Source: an uncultured Flavobacteriaceae bacterium (GTDB lineage Bacteria; Bacteroidota; Bacteroidia; Flavobacteriales; Flavobacteriaceae). Taken from it: 64,000 nt of DNA. A program made the translations under genes and the position numbers. How positions within the stretch are numbered: the stretch's first letter is position 1; every line of letters starts with the position of its first letter. Location: positions 529,901-593,900 of the forward strand of contig CALSPU010000001.1 of assembly GCA_943788315.1 (NCBI GenBank), given 5' to 3'. This document shows, in pieces, positions 62,803 through 64,000 of the stretch. The notes beneath the pieces are model-generated. The model saw nothing but the letters and a program-made list of their open reading frames with translations, was not told the origin of the DNA and made no database searches.

Positions 62803-63046
62803 CTCACAAAGGGTTTAATAGTGTATTAGTTGAATATTAAACAGCTGATATTCCTAACTTTTTTATTTAAAAACTAACAAGGTTAAAAACCAAATATACC
62901 CAAAACTGACAGTAAAAACAGCTGAAACTGACAGTAATATTGTTAGTAAAAGTCAAAAAAATTACCCCAAAACTTTTATAAATCTCAACCCCTTGTCTTA
63001 ATAATATCATTTTTAAATAGCTCCAGAGTGTCTAAAAGAGTAGAGT

Positions 63047-63364
63047 TTATGGTCTGTTCCTTATGCTATGCCAAACCGCCTGTGATTTTAGCACATCTGT
63101 GTCAAAATAATAAGCATATTTGGGATTCTTTTTTAAAAAATCCTTGTAAAGCGAGTCTAAATCAATTGATTTAAACTCGAGTCCATTAAGCCGCCAATTA
63201 TTATTTTTTAATAACTCATAAGCTTTTATGATATCGAGTAATGTCTCTTTTTTGGAGTGGGGATTTACATCTGGATGATATTTTTTAACAAGTCTTCGGT
63301 ATGTCTTTTTTATTTCACTTTCTGATGCATCTAATTTAATTCCTAATACCTTGTGAGGGTTCAT
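63047..63364 (-). CDS. Small DnaJ (J-domain) protein
   Basis: HKVLGI...EIKKTYRRLVKKYHPD...AYELL. Confidence 0.88.
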   Translation of the reverse strand: MNPHKVLGIKLDASESEIKKTYRRLVKKYHPDVNPHSKKETLLDIIKAYELLKNNNWRLNGLEFKSIDLDSLYKDFLKKNPKYAYYFDTDVLKSQAVWHSIRNRP

Positions 63365-63561
63365 TTCTTTTTTCTATTTCTGTGGAAATTATTATTGTAA
63401 AGTTTATCAGTCCACTCCTTTCTATTTTTAATTAATGAATTATGTTTTTTCACATCATCCATTTCTTTTTTTGCATTTCTAAATGCTCCAATGAAAATGT
63501 CTTGTATGTGCCAAGAAGCCCTAAAGTAAGCCGTTGTTTTAAATACATCCCAGAATTTCAT
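63361..63561 (-). CDS. Small hypothetical protein
   Basis: Overlaps the start/stop codons of both neighbours. Confidence 0.55.
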   Translation of the reverse strand: MKFWDVFKTTAYFRASWHIQDIFIGAFRNAKKEMDDVKKHNSLIKNRKEWTDKLYNNNFHRNRKKK

Positions 63562-64000
63562 TATGCTTTGTTATATGCCGTTAGGGTTTCTTCGACTTTG
63601 TTAATGAATTGAGCAATGCTTTTAGCATTATCACCACTTTTGTCAAATTTAAATTTTCTATCGCCACCTGTGAGCATAATTCTAAAATATGAATCTAATA
63701 CAGGCGGTTGTTTTTTTGATTTATATTTAGAAATTAAAAATCCACCTAATATAAACATAGCACCAACTCCTGCTAACTCTTCAAGTCCTTGAGAAATACC
63801 CCAAATAGCATAAATCACTCCAAAGACCATTGTACCAATCGACAAGTTTTTTCTTTTTTTAGGAGACATTGTTTCCTTTTTGTAAGTAGCTAACTCATTG
63901 TTGTATTTTTCTATATCGTCATATACACCAACACCATTAACCCCTCTTAGCGCAAGTGTTTCTTCGTTTCCAACGGCTGATATAAAAATCTTATCTTCTG
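63561..64000 (-). CDS. Two-TM membrane protein, 5' end beyond the window
   Basis: Frame is open from the window edge (EDKIFISAVGNEETLALRGVNG...) into MSPKKR. Confidence 0.7.
   Translation of the reverse strand, partial: EDKIFISAVGNEETLALRGVNGVGVYDDIEKYNNELATYKKETMSPKKRKNLSIGTMVFGVIYAIWGISQGLEELAGVGAMFILGGFLISKYKSKKQPPVLDSYFRIMLTGGDRKFKFDKSGDNAKSIAQFINKVEETLTAYNKA

Overview
AT-rich chromosomal segment of a Flavobacteriaceae (Bacteroidota) bacterium, probably marine: it has a complete nqrA-F operon, a T9SS plug homolog and TAnnTTTG promoters. Positions 1-56,100 are mostly core genome: pabB, lpdA, dcp, purKE, greA, pruA, nqrABCDEF, apbE, map, gpmI, alaS, an acyl-CoA dehydrogenase/kinase catabolic operon, msrB-msrA-selO, der and era. 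Many essential genes have single-base indels, so the sequence very likely carries long-read indel errors, and I do not read these breaks as pseudogenes. From 56,177 there is an island at an initiator tRNA-Met. It begins with a 6,331-bp tyrosine-integrase element bounded by a 291-bp direct repeat, followed by the start of a second related element. The first element contains a displaced duplicate of the integrase catalytic 3' end bracketing a cargo cassette, an Ig-repeat/DUF1566-like surface lipoprotein whose 3' end resembles a DGR variable region, an orphan iteron-type origin, arm-type repeats and a structured 173-bp tRNA-3'-end-linked mini-element. The two best candidates for undescribed systems are (i) this cassette-stacking tRNA-fMet element and (ii) a possible trans-outer-membrane thiol relay (TlpA, a DUF6029-like beta-barrel with a Cys pair, and an Omp28-like surface thioredoxin). 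Family names come from motif recognition by eye, not from database searches.
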